A stretch of 64,000 nucleotides of DNA, taken from the NCBI GenBank assembly GCA_050618055.1, contig JBNLVK010000291.1, positions 12,655 through 76,654 on the forward strand, in the 5' to 3' direction. The notes below the pieces were generated by a model. The model ran no database searches and was not told the origin of the DNA. It saw nothing but the letters and a program-made list of their open reading frames with translations. The stretch is from Myxococcota bacterium (GTDB lineage: Bacteria; Myxococcota_A; UBA9160; SMWR01). Each line of letters begins with the position of its first letter. The stretch's first letter is position 1. Position numbers and translations under genes: made by a program. Below, piece by piece: positions 9,507-22,681 of the stretch.

Positions 9507-11170
9507 ATGCAGACGCCCAGCCTTCTCGCTCCCCCGCTGCGGTCGCGCCTCGATCCGCGCTCCGAGGAGTTCGCCGAGAACCGCGACGCCATGCTCGAGA
9601 AGCTCGCGAAGATCGACGAGCTGCTCGACGAGGCCGAGGCCGGCGGCGGCGCGTACCACCACGAGCGCCTGGCCAAGCGCGGCAAGCTGCCGGTGCGCGA
9701 GCGCCTGGCCCTGGCCCTCGACCCGGACAGCCCGTTCCTCGAGATCAGCCCGCTGGCCGCCTACAACTCGTCGTACACCATCGGCGGCGGCGCGGTCATG
9801 GGCATCGGCGTGATCGCCGGCGTCGAGTGCGTGATCTTCGCCAACGACCCGACGGTGCTCGGCGGCGCGCTCACGCCCTACGTCAGCAAGAAGTGGATGC
9901 GCGCGCTCCAGATCGCCCGCGAGAACCGGCTGCCCTACGTCTCCTTCGTCGAGAGCGCCGGCGCCGACCTGCGCATGCAGGGCGCGTCGCGCAAGAAGGA
10001 CTCGGGCGGCGACTCGCCGGCCAGCGCCCGCGTCGACCACTTCGCCGAGACCGGCCGCTTCTTCTACGAGATGATCGAGCTCTCGAAGCTCGAGATCCCG
10101 ACGGTGTGCGTGGTGTTCGGCTCGTCGACCGCCGGCGGCGCCTACCAGCCGGGCATGAGCGACTACAACATCGTCATCAAGAAGCAGAGCAAGATCTTCC
10201 TGGCGGGTCCACCGCTGGTGAAGATGGCCACCGGCGAGGAGTCGGACGACGAGACGCTGGGCGGCGCGCAGATGCACGCCGAGATCTCGGGCCTGGGCGA
10301 GTACCTGGCCGAGGACGAGCCCGACGCGCTGCGCCTGTGCCGCGAGGTGATGAGCCACCTGAACTGGCGCAAGCCGGGTCCGCCGCCGAGCCTGGCCGCC
10401 GACCCGCCGCTGCTCGACCCGGAGGAGCTGCTGGGTCTGATGAGTCCGGACCTGCGCCGCCCCGTCGACGTGCGCGAGCTGATCGGGCGCTTCGTCGACG
10501 GATCGCGCTTCGAGGAGTTCAAGCCGCGCTACGGCCCGACGCTGGTGTGCGGCTTCGCGTCGGTGGAGGGCTACCCGGTCGGCATCCTCGGCAACAACGG
10601 CGTGCTGACGCCCGAGTCGGCGGAGAAGGCGGCCCACTTCATCCAGCTCTGCAACCAGATCGACACGCCGCTCGTCTTCCTGCAGAACCTGACCGGCTTC
10701 GTGGTCGGCCGCGACTTCGAGCACGCCGGCATCATCAAGAAGGGCTTGCAGATGATCAACGCGGTCACCAACTCGACGGTGCCGCATCTGACCATCATCT
10801 TCGGCAACTCCTACGGCGCCGGCACCTACGCCATGAGCGGACGCGCCGTCAACAACCGCTTCACCTTCATCTGGCCCTCGGCGAAGATCGCGGTGATGGG
10901 CGGCAAGCAGATCGCCGGCGTCATGTCGATCGTGCGCCGCGGCCAGGCGGCCCGGAAGGGCGAGCCCTTCGACGAAGAGGCCGACGCGAAGATCCGCGAG
11001 GCGGTGGAGCAGGCCCAGGAGCGCGGCTCGGTCGCCCTGGAAGCGTCGGGCGCGATCAGCGACGACGGCATCATCGATCCCCGCGACACGCGCACCGTGC
11101 TGGGCATCTGCCTGTCGGTCGTGCGCAACACGCCCATCGAGGGTGCGGCGGGCTACGGAGTGTTCCGGCT

Positions 11171-11174
<4 letters not shown>
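9507..11174 (+). CDS. atuC: Acyl-CoA carboxylase beta (carboxyltransferase) subunit, AtuC/AccD2-like
   Basis: RGKLPVRER, ANDPTVLGG, GSSTAGGAY, FLAGPPLVK, DDGIIDPRDTR, GVFRL. Confidence 0.88.
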
Positions 11175-13134
<1,960 letters not shown>

Positions 13135-13135
<1 letters not shown>

Positions 13136-14889
13136 TGGCGGACCCCATCCGGATCGCAAACTGCTCGGGCTTCTTCGGCGACCGGCTGTCCGCGGCGCGC
13201 GAGATGGTGGAGGGCGGACCCATCCACGCGCTGACCGGCGACTGGCTGGCCGAGCTCACCATGCTGATCCTGGCGCGCACGCGCATGAAGCGTCCGAACG
13301 GCGGCTACGCGCGCACCTTCGTCGCCCAGATGGAGCAGGTGATGGGCACCTGCCTCGACAAGGGCATCAAGGTGGTGTCGAACGCCGGCGGCCTCGACCC
13401 GGAGGGCTGCGCCGAGGCCGTGCACGAGGTGGCCGGGAAGCTGGGGCTCTCGCCGACGATCGCCTTCGTGCGCGGCGACGACCTGATGCCGCGCATGGAG
13501 CAGCTGCTGGAGGCGGACCAGCTGCGCCACTTCGAGACCGGCGACCCGATCAAGGAGGCCTCCTTCCTCACCGCCAACGCCTACTTCGGCTGCTGGGGCA
13601 TCGTCGACGCCCTCTCCCGGGGCGCCGACATCGTGATCACCGGGCGCACCACCGACGCGGCGGTCGTGTGCGGACCGGCGGCCTGGCACCACGGCTGGTC
13701 GCGCGACGACTGGGACGCGCTGGCGGGCGCCGTCGTGGCGGGCCACGTGATTGAGTGCGGCACCCAGGCCACCGGCGGCAACTACTCCTTCTTCACCGAG
13801 GTGCCGGGCATGACCCGCACCGGCTTCCCCTGGGCCGAGGTGGCGGAGGACGGCTCCTGTGTGATCGGCAAGCACGACGGCACCGGCGGCGAGGTGTCGG
13901 TGGGAACCGTCACGTCGCAGCTGCTGTACGAGATCCAGGGGCCCGAGTACTTCGGGCCCGACGTCACCACGCGCTTCGACACGATCGAGCTCGAGCAGCA
14001 GGACAAGGACCGCGTGCGCATCCACGGCACGCAGGGCGAGCCCCCGCCGCAGACCCTGAAGGTGTGCATCAACCGCGCCGGCGGCTTCCGCAACGAGGCC
14101 AGCTTCAGCCTGACCGGGCTGGACATCGACGAGAAGGCCAGGCTGCTCGAGGAGGCCTTCTGGCTGGCGCTTCCCTACGGGCCCGAGGACTACGCGTCGG
14201 TCCGCACGCGGCTGGTGCGCACCGACGTGCCGGACCCGGAGACCAACGAGAACGCCTCCGCCGTGCTGCGCATCAGCCTGAAGGATCCGGACGAGCAGAA
14301 GGTCGGACGCGCGGTGTTCAACGCCATGACCGAGCTCGGCCTGTCGACGATTCCCGGCTTCTACGGGGGCGGCAGCGGCGGCGCGGCCGCCCGTCCGTTC
14401 GGCGTGTACGAGCCCGCCGCCATTCCCGCGGCGAACGTGCCCCAGGAGGTGGTGATCCTGGGCGGCGACACCCACGAGGTGTCGTCGGAGATCCCGCAGG
14501 CCGACGTGTCGGTGGAGGCGCGGCCCGGTCCGCAGGCGCGGGTTCCGGGCGGCCCCACGGTGCGCGCGCCGCTGGGCCGGGTGTTCGGCAGCCGCTCCGG
14601 CGACAAGGGCGGCAACGCCAACCTGGGCGTGTTCGCGCGCAGCGACGAGGCCTGGGCCTGGCTCGACGCGAACCTCACCACCGAGCGGCTGCGCGAGCTG
14701 CTGCCCGAGGTGCGCGAGCTGCCGATCGACCGCCACCGGCTGCCCTCGATCCGCTCGCTCAACTTCTACATCCACGGCCTGCTCGAAGAGGGCGTCGCCG
14801 CGTCGACCCGCCAGGATCCGCAGGCCAAGAGCCTGGGCGAGTGGCTGCGGGCGCGCGTCGTCGAGATGCCCGAGGCGCTGCTGTCTTGA
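13135..14889 (+). CDS. atuA: Acyclic terpene utilization AtuA family protein
   Basis: RIANCSGFFGDR, DWLAELTM, AGHVIECGTQATGGNY, RSGDKGGNAN, DPQAKSLGE. Confidence 0.9.
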
Positions 14890-14945
14890 GGGCGCCGGCT
14901 CCCGTGCGCGAGCCCTTCGCGGGGGTGCAGCGTCCGCGTCCGCTG

Positions 14946-15530
14946 ATGGCGGCGGACGCCGAGCGCAAGCTGACGCCGCGCCAGCGCGAGATCCTGGACG
15001 CGCTCGAGGCGCTCGCGGTCCAGCAGGGCTTCGCCGAGCTGACCATGGCCGAGCTGGCCGCCCGGGTGAACTGCTCGCTGCGCACGCTCTACGGGCTGGC
15101 ACCCAGCAAGGACGAGCTGCTGCTCGCGGTGGTCGACCGGCGCCTGCACCGCATCGGCCGCGACGCGGCCAGCGTGGTCGAGCCGGGCATGGATCCGCTG
15201 ACCGCGCTGCGCGCGTACCTGGCCGCCACGAACGTGGCGGTGGGCCCCACCACCGAGGCGCTGTCCCGCGAGCTGGCCGCCGTGCCCGGCGGCATCCGGC
15301 TGATCAACGAGCACGCCAACTTCATCATCGCGGTCACGGGGAAGCTGCTCGACCGCGCCGTCGACGAGGGGCTGATCGATCCGGTCGACACCGGCGCGCT
15401 GTCGCTGATCCTGGGCGGACTCGGCAGCTACTTCTCGCGGCCCCAGGTGATCCCGCTGATCCGGGAGTCGCCGAAGTCGACGGCGGACGCGATCATGGAC
15501 ATCATCCTGCGCGGGCTCGATCGGCGCTGA
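14946..15530 (+). CDS. TetR/AcrR family transcriptional regulator
   Basis: N-terminal HTH GF..LTMAELAARVNCSLRTLY...PSKDELL. Confidence 0.85.
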   Translation: MAADAERKLTPRQREILDALEALAVQQGFAELTMAELAARVNCSLRTLYGLAPSKDELLLAVVDRRLHRIGRDAASVVEPGMDPLTALRAYLAATNVAVGPTTEALSRELAAVPGGIRLINEHANFIIAVTGKLLDRAVDEGLIDPVDTGALSLILGGLGSYFSRPQVIPLIRESPKSTADAIMDIILRGLDRR

Positions 15531-15553
15531 CGCCGGGCCCGCCGAAGGTCGTC

Positions 15554-17029
15554 ATGAAGGCCCCGCCGCCGCCGCCGGATCTCGAGGAGGACCTGCTCCG
15601 GCTCCAGCACATGGAGTCGAAGCTGGTGATGGGCCTGTTCGACCATCCGGGCGTGGTGCCGAGCCGGGTCGAGCACCAGCTCCGGTACGCGCTCGCGCTG
15701 GCTTCGCTGACGGCCTTCGAGCCCGGCGCGGCGCGACGCGGCGGCGCGGGGCGGCGTCCCGAAGTGTACGTGCGCGCGACCCGGCTCACCCAGTGGCGCA
15801 ACCGGGTGCTCGACCGGCTGGGCGACGTGCTGCTGCGCACGGCCGACGGCAAGGCGCGGGTGGAGGGGGCGGCGGCGGCGCTGCTGCCCCTGCTGCCCCA
15901 GCTCGAGAAGACGCGCAGCGAGGTGATCGAGAAGTACGCCGACCACTTCAGCGCGCGCCACCTCGACCAGGAGCTGGGCATCAAGACGCTGGTGTCGGTG
16001 GCCGGTGGCGGGGGCGGGTCGGGCTACGTCTACATCGGCGCCTGGGACGTGCTCCAGAACGCGGGCCTGGTGCCCGGCTACGTGATCGGGTCGTCGATGG
16101 GCGCGGTGCTCGGGCTGTTCCGCGCGCTGCGCAGGGACGCCGACTTCGACGAGTACGTGGCGCTGGCCAAGAGCATGCGTCCCGAGGACGTGTTCCGTTT
16201 CGTGAGCACGCGGACCCGCTACGGGCTGCCCGGCGTGATGCGGCTGTTCCTGCACGAGGTGTTCGGGCCGATCTACCGCACCGAGCTGAACACCGAGATG
16301 CTGCTCACCGACCTGGAGATCCCCTACGAGTCGGTGGTGGCCGGCATCCGGCGCAGCGCCTTCGCCGAGACGCCGGAGCAGTACGCGCGCTCGCACCACC
16401 TGCACGAGGAGAAGCGGCCCGGCGCCCTCCAGCTGCGCGCCCAGATCGCGACGCAGCTCGTGCGGCTGGTCGGCTTCATCAACCCGCGGGTGGTGCAGGA
16501 GATCTCGGTCGGCGGCGACGCGCTGACCCGCGACTTCAACGCCGTCGACGCCGCCGGCTTCTCGGCCGCGATCCCGGGCATCCTGCACTACGACGTCACC
16601 CGCGACGATCCGCACATGGACACGATCCTCACCGAGCTGCTGGACCGCGACGAGGTGGTGGCGCTGGTGGACGGCGGCGTCGCCAACAACGTGCCGGTGC
16701 GCACCGCCTGGCGTCACGTGCACGAGGGGAAGATCGGCACGCGCAACTGCTACTACCTGGCCTTCGACTGCTTCCACCCGCAGTACACGCCGGGCCATCT
16801 CTGGCTCCAGGCGGTGACGCGGCTGGTCGGCTACCAGGTGGCGCTCAACGACCGCTACGCCCAGCGGCGCATCCGCTTCTCGCCCACCCTCTCGCCGCTG
16901 AACCTGCTGCCGCCGCCGAACGCCCTGGACAAGGCGGTGGCGTGGGGTCGCAGCCAGATGTCCCAGGAGCTGCCGCGGGTGCAGAAGTTCTTCGAGCGCG
17001 TGCGCTACGTGCCGTCGAGCCCGGCCTAG
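15554..17029 (+). CDS. Patatin-like phospholipase with N-terminal extension
   Basis: GGGGGSG oxyanion loop, GSSMG nucleophile, DGG motif. Confidence 0.8.
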   Translation: MKAPPPPPDLEEDLLRLQHMESKLVMGLFDHPGVVPSRVEHQLRYALALASLTAFEPGAARRGGAGRRPEVYVRATRLTQWRNRVLDRLGDVLLRTADGKARVEGAAAALLPLLPQLEKTRSEVIEKYADHFSARHLDQELGIKTLVSVAGGGGGSGYVYIGAWDVLQNAGLVPGYVIGSSMGAVLGLFRALRRDADFDEYVALAKSMRPEDVFRFVSTRTRYGLPGVMRLFLHEVFGPIYRTELNTEMLLTDLEIPYESVVAGIRRSAFAETPEQYARSHHLHEEKRPGALQLRAQIATQLVRLVGFINPRVVQEISVGGDALTRDFNAVDAAGFSAAIPGILHYDVTRDDPHMDTILTELLDRDEVVALVDGGVANNVPVRTAWRHVHEGKIGTRNCYYLAFDCFHPQYTPGHLWLQAVTRLVGYQVALNDRYAQRRIRFSPTLSPLNLLPPPNALDKAVAWGRSQMSQELPRVQKFFERVRYVPSSPA

Positions 17030-17033
17030 GCCC

Positions 17034-18311
17034 GTGGGCGCGGACCTCCCGGAGCGCGATCGGGCGGCGGTCTGGCACCCCTACGCGCCGCCGCGCGCCG
17101 ATCCGCTGTTCGCGGTCGAGTCGGCCGAGGGCGTGCGGCTGCGACTCGTCGACGGTCGCGAGCTGGTGGACGGCATGTCGTCCTGGTGGGCGGTGATCCA
17201 CGGCTACCGCCACCCAGCCATCGAGGCGGCGCTGCGCGACCAGCTCGCGCGCCTTCCCCACGTCATGTTCGGCGGGCTGACCCACGAGCCGGCGGTCGCC
17301 CTGTGCGAGCGGCTGCTCGAGCTGGCGCCGCCGGGACTCTCGCGCGTCTTCCTCTCCGACTCGGGCTCGGTCTCCGTCGAGATCGCCATCAAGCTGGCGC
17401 TCCAGTACTGGCAGGCCCGCGGCCGGCCCGAACGCAGGCGGCTGCTCACCGTGCGCGGCGGCTACCACGGCGACACCTTCGCGGCCATGTCGGTGTGCGA
17501 TCCGGAGACCGGCATGCACCACCTGTTCCGCGGCGCCCTGGCGGAGCAGGTGTTCGCCGAGCGCCCGGCCTGCCGCTTCGACCAGCCCTGCACGCCCGAG
17601 CACACCCGCGACCTGGAGGAGAAGCTGGCGCGCCACGCCCACGAGCTGGCGGCGGTGATCCTCGAGCCCGTCGTGCAGGGCGCCGGTGGCATGTGGTTCT
17701 ACGCGCCCGGCTACCTGCGGCGGGTGCGCGAGCTGTGCGACGCCCACGACCTGCTGCTCGTCCACGACGAGATCGCCACCGCCTTCGGACGCACCGGCCG
17801 CATGTTCGCCTCCGAGCACGCCGGCGTCGCGCCCGACGTGGCCTGCGTCGGCAAGGCGCTCACCGGCGGGACGCTCACGCTGGCGGCCACGCTGGTGAGC
17901 GGCCGCGTCTGCGACACGATCGCCGCCTCCGAGGTGGGCGCGCTGATGCACGGCCCCACGTTCATGGGCAACCCGCTGGCGTGCCGCGCGGCGCTGGCCA
18001 GCCTGGACCTGCTCGCCAGCGAGCCCTGGCAGGAGCGGGTGGCGCGCATCGAGGCCCAGCTGCGCCGCGAGCTGGCCCCCTGCGCCGAGCTTCCCCAGGT
18101 GGCCGACGTGCGGGTGCTCGGCGCCATCGGCGTGGTCGAGCTTCGGGAGCCCGTCGACATGCGCGTCGTGCAGCCCGCCTTCGTCGAGGAAGGCGTCTGG
18201 ATCCGGCCCTTCGGCCGGCTCGTCTACGCCATGCCGCCCTACGTGATCGGCGAAGAGGACCTGGCGCGCGTCACCGCGGCGATGCACCGGGTGATCGAGC
18301 GCCATACCTAG
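17034..18311 (+). CDS. bioA: Adenosylmethionine-8-amino-7-oxononanoate transaminase
   Basis: [52 protein letters not shown]. Confidence 0.95.
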   Translation: MGADLPERDRAAVWHPYAPPRADPLFAVESAEGVRLRLVDGRELVDGMSSWWAVIHGYRHPAIEAALRDQLARLPHVMFGGLTHEPAVALCERLLELAPPGLSRVFLSDSGSVSVEIAIKLALQYWQARGRPERRRLLTVRGGYHGDTFAAMSVCDPETGMHHLFRGALAEQVFAERPACRFDQPCTPEHTRDLEEKLARHAHELAAVILEPVVQGAGGMWFYAPGYLRRVRELCDAHDLLLVHDEIATAFGRTGRMFASEHAGVAPDVACVGKALTGGTLTLAATLVSGRVCDTIAASEVGALMHGPTFMGNPLACRAALASLDLLASEPWQERVARIEAQLRRELAPCAELPQVADVRVLGAIGVVELREPVDMRVVQPAFVEEGVWIRPFGRLVYAMPPYVIGEEDLARVTAAMHRVIERHT

Positions 18312-18323
18312 CGGGCGTCGCGG

Positions 18324-18521
18324 CTAGTGCAGCCGCCCGCGCCACGACGACGCCAGGTCGTGGAGCGCACCCTGCAGCGAGCCGTGGTCGCGGCGGCGGG
18401 TCTTGCCGCTGCGCGTCTCCTCGACGACGTAGCCGCCGCTGCGGCCCTTGGCGGCGCGCACGCGCACGCTGCGGTTCTTGTCCTTCAGGCGGGCTCCGAA
18501 GACGAGCGGTCGCAGGGCCAT
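18324..18521 (-). CDS. Small basic hypothetical protein (65 aa)
   Basis: ATG with GGAGG RBS; fills the gap between convergent bioA and FAH gene; MALRPLVFGARLK...WRGRLH. Confidence 0.6.
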   Translation of the reverse strand: MALRPLVFGARLKDKNRSVRVRAAKGRSGGYVVEETRSGKTRRRDHGSLQGALHDLASSWRGRLH

Positions 18522-18643
18522 GGGATCCTCCAGTCGTTGGGACTGGAGAACGCATCGGCCGGGCGCCGGATTCCTTGAGCGAAATCGGGCGCCTGGCCCC
18601 GGAACCTGCGTGCTCGTGAGGGTTCCCCTTGCGGGGCGCGGAC

Positions 18644-19522
18644 TTAGCCGATGAAGGCCGTGTCCTCCGGCTCCTCGACCACCGCGTTCTCGATCTCGCC
18701 GATGCCGTCGATCGAGACCTTCACCACGTCGCCGGCCACCAGCAGCTTCGGTGGCTTCATGGCGATGCCCACGCCCGCCGGCGTGCCGGTGGGAATGACG
18801 TCGCCCGGCTCCAGCGTGAAGGCGGTGGACAGGTGCTCGACGACCGTGAAGCAGTCGAAGATCAGGTGCTTCGTGTTCGACGACTGGCGCAGCTCGCCGT
18901 TCACCCAGGTCTTCAGGTCGTGGGTGTGCGGATCGCCGAACTCGTCGGGCGTCACGATCCACGGGCCCATGGGGCAGTGGGTGTCGAAGGACTTGCCCAT
19001 GGTGAAGGTGGGCGTGCGCAGCTGCCAGTCGCGCACGGTCACGTCGTTCACGACCGTGTAGCCGGCGATCACCTCCTGGGCGCGCTCCTTCGGCACGTGG
19101 CGGCAGCGCTTGCCGATCACCACGCCGAGCTCGCCCTCGTAGTCGAGCACGTGGGACGCGCGCGGCAGGTGGAAGGGGTCGTAGGGCGGGTGCGCCGACG
19201 TCGACTGCTTGTTGAAGATCACCGGGTGGTCCGGGACCTTCATGCCGCCCTCCTTGGCCTCGTTCACGTGGTCGGCGTAGTTCACGCCCACCGCCAGGAT
19301 CTTGGGCGGGCGAAGCACCGGCGACTCCAGGTGCACGTCGGCCAGCGGCAGGCTGGGGCCGTCGGCGGCGCGCGCCGCGTCGAGGGCGGCGTCGCCGGCC
19401 TCCAGGAAGGCCACCATCTCGGTGGGCAGGTCGGGCGCGGCGGCGGACAGGTCGACCACCCGGTCGCCCTTCGCCACGCCGATGCGGGTGCTTCCCTGGT
19501 GCGTGAAGGTCACGAGCTTCAT
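18644..19522 (-). CDS. Fumarylacetoacetate hydrolase family protein
   Basis: AVGVNYADH, LDYEGEL, NDVTVRDWQ, GKSFDT, GDVIPTGTPAGVG. Confidence 0.92.
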   Translation of the reverse strand: MKLVTFTHQGSTRIGVAKGDRVVDLSAAAPDLPTEMVAFLEAGDAALDAARAADGPSLPLADVHLESPVLRPPKILAVGVNYADHVNEAKEGGMKVPDHPVIFNKQSTSAHPPYDPFHLPRASHVLDYEGELGVVIGKRCRHVPKERAQEVIAGYTVVNDVTVRDWQLRTPTFTMGKSFDTHCPMGPWIVTPDEFGDPHTHDLKTWVNGELRQSSNTKHLIFDCFTVVEHLSTAFTLEPGDVIPTGTPAGVGIAMKPPKLLVAGDVVKVSIDGIGEIENAVVEEPEDTAFIG

Positions 19523-20151
19523 CCGGTTCCTCCTTCGGGTTTCGGCACGAACAGCGCGATCAGCGCGTCCGCGTGGGCCTCGACCATCGCGTCGTCGGTC
19601 GGGTCGAGGCCGGTGAGACGTCGGCACTCGGGCGCCTGGTGGAAGATCAGCGTCACCGCGCCCACCAGGATGTAGAAGTAGAGGGGGACGAAGCGGCCGC
19701 CGTAGGGCGTGGTGTCGACCAGGCCTCCCATGTGCTCGGTGACGTCGAAGAGCGGGCGGATGTGCCGGTCGACGATCCAGTGCATGCGCGGCCCCTCGCG
19801 CTTGCCCTCTTCGCTCATCAGGCGGGCGAAGGCGGGCCGGCGCGCCACGTAGCGCACCAGGGCCCGGATCATCCGCGCCAGCCGCTCGCGGTCGTTCGGC
19901 ACGTCGGCGTCGATCACCGGATCGATCTCGCCGCGCAGCTCGGCGAACGCCCGGTCGACCGCCTCGCGCCACAGCGCCTCCTTGGTGCCGAAGTAGTAGG
20001 GGATCATGCCCTGGTTCACGCCGGCCCGGGTGGCGATGGTGCGCGTGGAGGCGCCGTCGTAGCCGAGCTCGGAGAAGGCCTCGAGCGCCACGTCGAGCAG
20101 GCGCTCGCGGGTGGAGACGTCGCGGGGGGCTGCGGCGGCGGGGGCGGTCAC
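19519..20151 (-). CDS. TetR/AcrR family transcriptional regulator
   Basis: RERLLDVALEAFSELGYDGASTRTIA.RAGV....I.YYFGTKEAL; overlaps neighbours by 4 nt. Confidence 0.88.
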   Translation of the reverse strand: MTAPAAAAPRDVSTRERLLDVALEAFSELGYDGASTRTIATRAGVNQGMIPYYFGTKEALWREAVDRAFAELRGEIDPVIDADVPNDRERLARMIRALVRYVARRPAFARLMSEEGKREGPRMHWIVDRHIRPLFDVTEHMGGLVDTTPYGGRFVPLYFYILVGAVTLIFHQAPECRRLTGLDPTDDAMVEAHADALIALFVPKPEGGTG

Positions 20152-21758
20152 GCCTTGCCCAGCAGCCGGTCGTCCAGCGCGCGCAGCGCCGCCGCGACCC
20201 GCGCGCCCAGCGCCGCGTCGTCGCCGGACCAGACGCCGTAGACCTGCCGGTCGGGACGCACCAGCACGACCCGCGCGTCGCCGTGGCGGGCGGCCCAGTC
20301 GGCCAGGCCGCCGTCCACGTCGCGCAGCGGGCCGTCGGGAGCGACGTGCAGCCGGACCATGCCGAGCACGTCGGCCACGCGCGTCGCCTCGGCGTCGAGC
20401 AGCGTGGCCGGGTCCACGCCCACGCCGATCAGCGCGAAGCGCTCGCCGATCTCGTCGTCCAGGGGCACGCGCTCGCCGCTGCTCCGCAGCAGCTCGGGCT
20501 GGTCGATCACGTGGCCGTGGGCGCTCTCGGGCGTGGGCTTCTCGGCCGCGTCGAACAGCCCGGGACCGGTGGCCCAGGCGGGCGCCCACTGCATGTCGCG
20601 CTGGCGCAGCGGCGGGAAGACCCGGCCCAGCAGGAAGACGGCGTCGCGCAGGAAGGCGCGCAGGCGGTTCGTGGTCTGGATGATGCCGCCGGCCCGGATC
20701 GCCTCCTTCACGATGCGGCGGGCGTGGGGGCGTCGCTCGCTGGTGTAGGTGTCGAGGACCGACGCGTCGAAGCGTCCCGCCAGCACCCCCTCGAGCTTCC
20801 AGCACAGGTTGTGGGCGTCGCGCACGCCGGCGCACAGGCCCTGGCCCAGGAAGGGCGGCGTCTGGTGGGCGGCGTCGCCCAGCAGGAGCAGGCGCCGGTC
20901 GCGGAAGGTGTCCGCCACCAGGCCGTGGAAGGTGTAGACCTTGGTGCGCACCAGCTTGCCCTGCTCCGAGGAGAGCCCCGGTTGGATGCGATCCATGTGG
21001 GGCGCCATCATGGCGCGCGCCGTCGCCTCGTCCTCCAGGTGCGCCGGATCGTCGCCGGGCCGCAGCATGAACTCCCAGCGGATGTGGGTGCCCTCGCAGG
21101 GCACCAGCGTGGTGGGCCGCACCGGATCGCAGATCTGCACGGCGGTGCGCTCGATGGGCGTGCCCTCCTCGAGGATCAGGTCGCAGACCAGCCAGGGCTC
21201 GTCGCACTGGAGGTCCTCGAGGCGGAAGGCGCCGCACTCGCGCACCCGGCTGCTGGCGCCGTCGGCGCCCAGCACGTAGCGCGCCCGGACCGTCTCCTCC
21301 GCGCCGCCGCCTGCTGCGCTGGGCGCCACCCGCAGCGTCACGCCGTCGTCGTCCTGTGCCAGGTCGCGCAGCTCCCAGCCGAGCCGCACCTCCACCGACG
21401 GGAAGCGGGCGACGCCGGCGCGCAGGTGGCGCTCGAGCAGCGGCTGGTTGAAGAAGTTGCCGATCGGCCAGCCGTGGCGCCGGGGCTCCTTCGTCACGTC
21501 GATCGACAGCAGGGTCCAGCCGCGGCCGTTCACGAAGCCCAGCCGCTCGGCCGTGCCGGACACCTGGCGGATCTCGTCCGACATGCCCAGCGCCTGGAAG
21601 ATGCGCATCACCTCGCCGTCGAAGTGGACGGCGCGGGGGATGTCGTAGATGTCCTCGCTCTTGTCGATCACCAGCGTGCGCACGCCGCGCTGGCCCAGCA
21701 GGTTGGCCGCGACCGCGCCCGAGGGTCCGTATCCACAGATGACGACGTCGACGTCCAC
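20148..21758 (-). CDS. FAD-dependent monooxygenase, MhpA (3-hydroxyphenylpropionate hydroxylase)-like
   Basis: GYGPSG, PRAVHFDGE, GADGASS, GDAAHQTPPFLGQGLC.G.RDA.NL.WKL, VRPD. Confidence 0.88.
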   Translation of the reverse strand: MDVDVVICGYGPSGAVAANLLGQRGVRTLVIDKSEDIYDIPRAVHFDGEVMRIFQALGMSDEIRQVSGTAERLGFVNGRGWTLLSIDVTKEPRRHGWPIGNFFNQPLLERHLRAGVARFPSVEVRLGWELRDLAQDDDGVTLRVAPSAAGGGAEETVRARYVLGADGASSRVRECGAFRLEDLQCDEPWLVCDLILEEGTPIERTAVQICDPVRPTTLVPCEGTHIRWEFMLRPGDDPAHLEDEATARAMMAPHMDRIQPGLSSEQGKLVRTKVYTFHGLVADTFRDRRLLLLGDAAHQTPPFLGQGLCAGVRDAHNLCWKLEGVLAGRFDASVLDTYTSERRPHARRIVKEAIRAGGIIQTTNRLRAFLRDAVFLLGRVFPPLRQRDMQWAPAWATGPGLFDAAEKPTPESAHGHVIDQPELLRSSGERVPLDDEIGERFALIGVGVDPATLLDAEATRVADVLGMVRLHVAPDGPLRDVDGGLADWAARHGDARVVLVRPDRQVYGVWSGDDAALGARVAAALRALDDRLLGKA

Positions 21759-21768
21759 GTTGCGCCCC

Positions 21769-22548
21769 CTAGATCAGGCCCGCGTAGGACCCGCCGTCGA
21801 GCTGGAGGTTCTGTCCCGAGATGTATCCGGCCTGGGCGCTGCACAGGAAGGCGCAGGCGTCGCCGAACTCTTCGGGCCGGCCCAGCCGCCCCGCGCTGAT
21901 CGACGCCTTCATCTCGTCGTAGGCCTGCTCGAGCGACACGCCGCCCGCCTTGGCGCGCATCTCGGCCATGAAGCGCTGGCGGTCGGTGTCGATGCGCTCG
22001 GGCAGCAGGTTGTTGACGGTGACGCCGTGGGCGGCCACCTGGCGCGACAGCGCCTTCGACACCGAGGTGAGACCGGCGCGGGCGCCGGTGGAGAGACCCA
22101 TGGGCAGCAGCGGCGTCTTCACCATGGCGGAGGTGACGTTCACGATGCGACCGAAGCCGCGCGCGCACATGCCGTCGACCACCGCCCGGATCATCAGCAC
22201 GGGCGCCAGCAGGTTGGCCTCCAGGGCGCCCAGCCAGGCCTCCCGGTCCCAGTCCTGGAAGCGCCCCGGCGGCGGTCCGCCGTTGTTGTTCACCAGGATG
22301 TCGGGCTCGGGGCAGGCGGCGAGCAGTGCCTCGCGGGTGGCGTCGTCGGCGACGTCGCCGGCCACCGTCGCCACCTCGACGCCGTGGCTCTCGCGGATCT
22401 CCCGGGCGGTCTCCTCCAGGGCCTCCGCACCGCGGGCGTTCAGCGTGACGTGGACGCCCTCGCGGGCCAGCGACGCGGCGCAGGCGCGTCCCAGCCCCCG
22501 GCTCGAGGCGCACACGATCGCCCGTCGTCCCGCGATGCCCAGATCCAT
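21769..22548 (-). CDS. SDR family oxidoreductase
   Basis: MDLGIAGRRAIVCASSRGLG, NNNGGPPPG, N..PERIDTDR, DGG. Confidence 0.9.
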   Translation of the reverse strand: MDLGIAGRRAIVCASSRGLGRACAASLAREGVHVTLNARGAEALEETAREIRESHGVEVATVAGDVADDATREALLAACPEPDILVNNNGGPPPGRFQDWDREAWLGALEANLLAPVLMIRAVVDGMCARGFGRIVNVTSAMVKTPLLPMGLSTGARAGLTSVSKALSRQVAAHGVTVNNLLPERIDTDRQRFMAEMRAKAGGVSLEQAYDEMKASISAGRLGRPEEFGDACAFLCSAQAGYISGQNLQLDGGSYAGLI

Positions 22549-22550
22549 GA

Positions 22551-22588
22551 TTGTTCGATCGTATAGCAGGCATTGTTCGATCGAACAA
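22551..22588 (-). promoter_or_regulatory. Sigma70-type promoter overlapped by a perfect 16-bp palindromic operator
   Basis: Minus strand TTGTTC-N17-TATACG (TG extended -10); TTGTTCGATCGAACAA at 22573-22588; second copy of TTGTTCGATCG at 22551-22561. Confidence 0.7.
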
Positions 22589-22681
22589 GGCCCCGGCGAA
22601 GCCATCCGGTCCGCGGCCACGGGCCGCGGGTGCACCCCTCCCGCGGATCCAGGCCCGGGGTCGGCGCTGGGCGGGGGCCGG

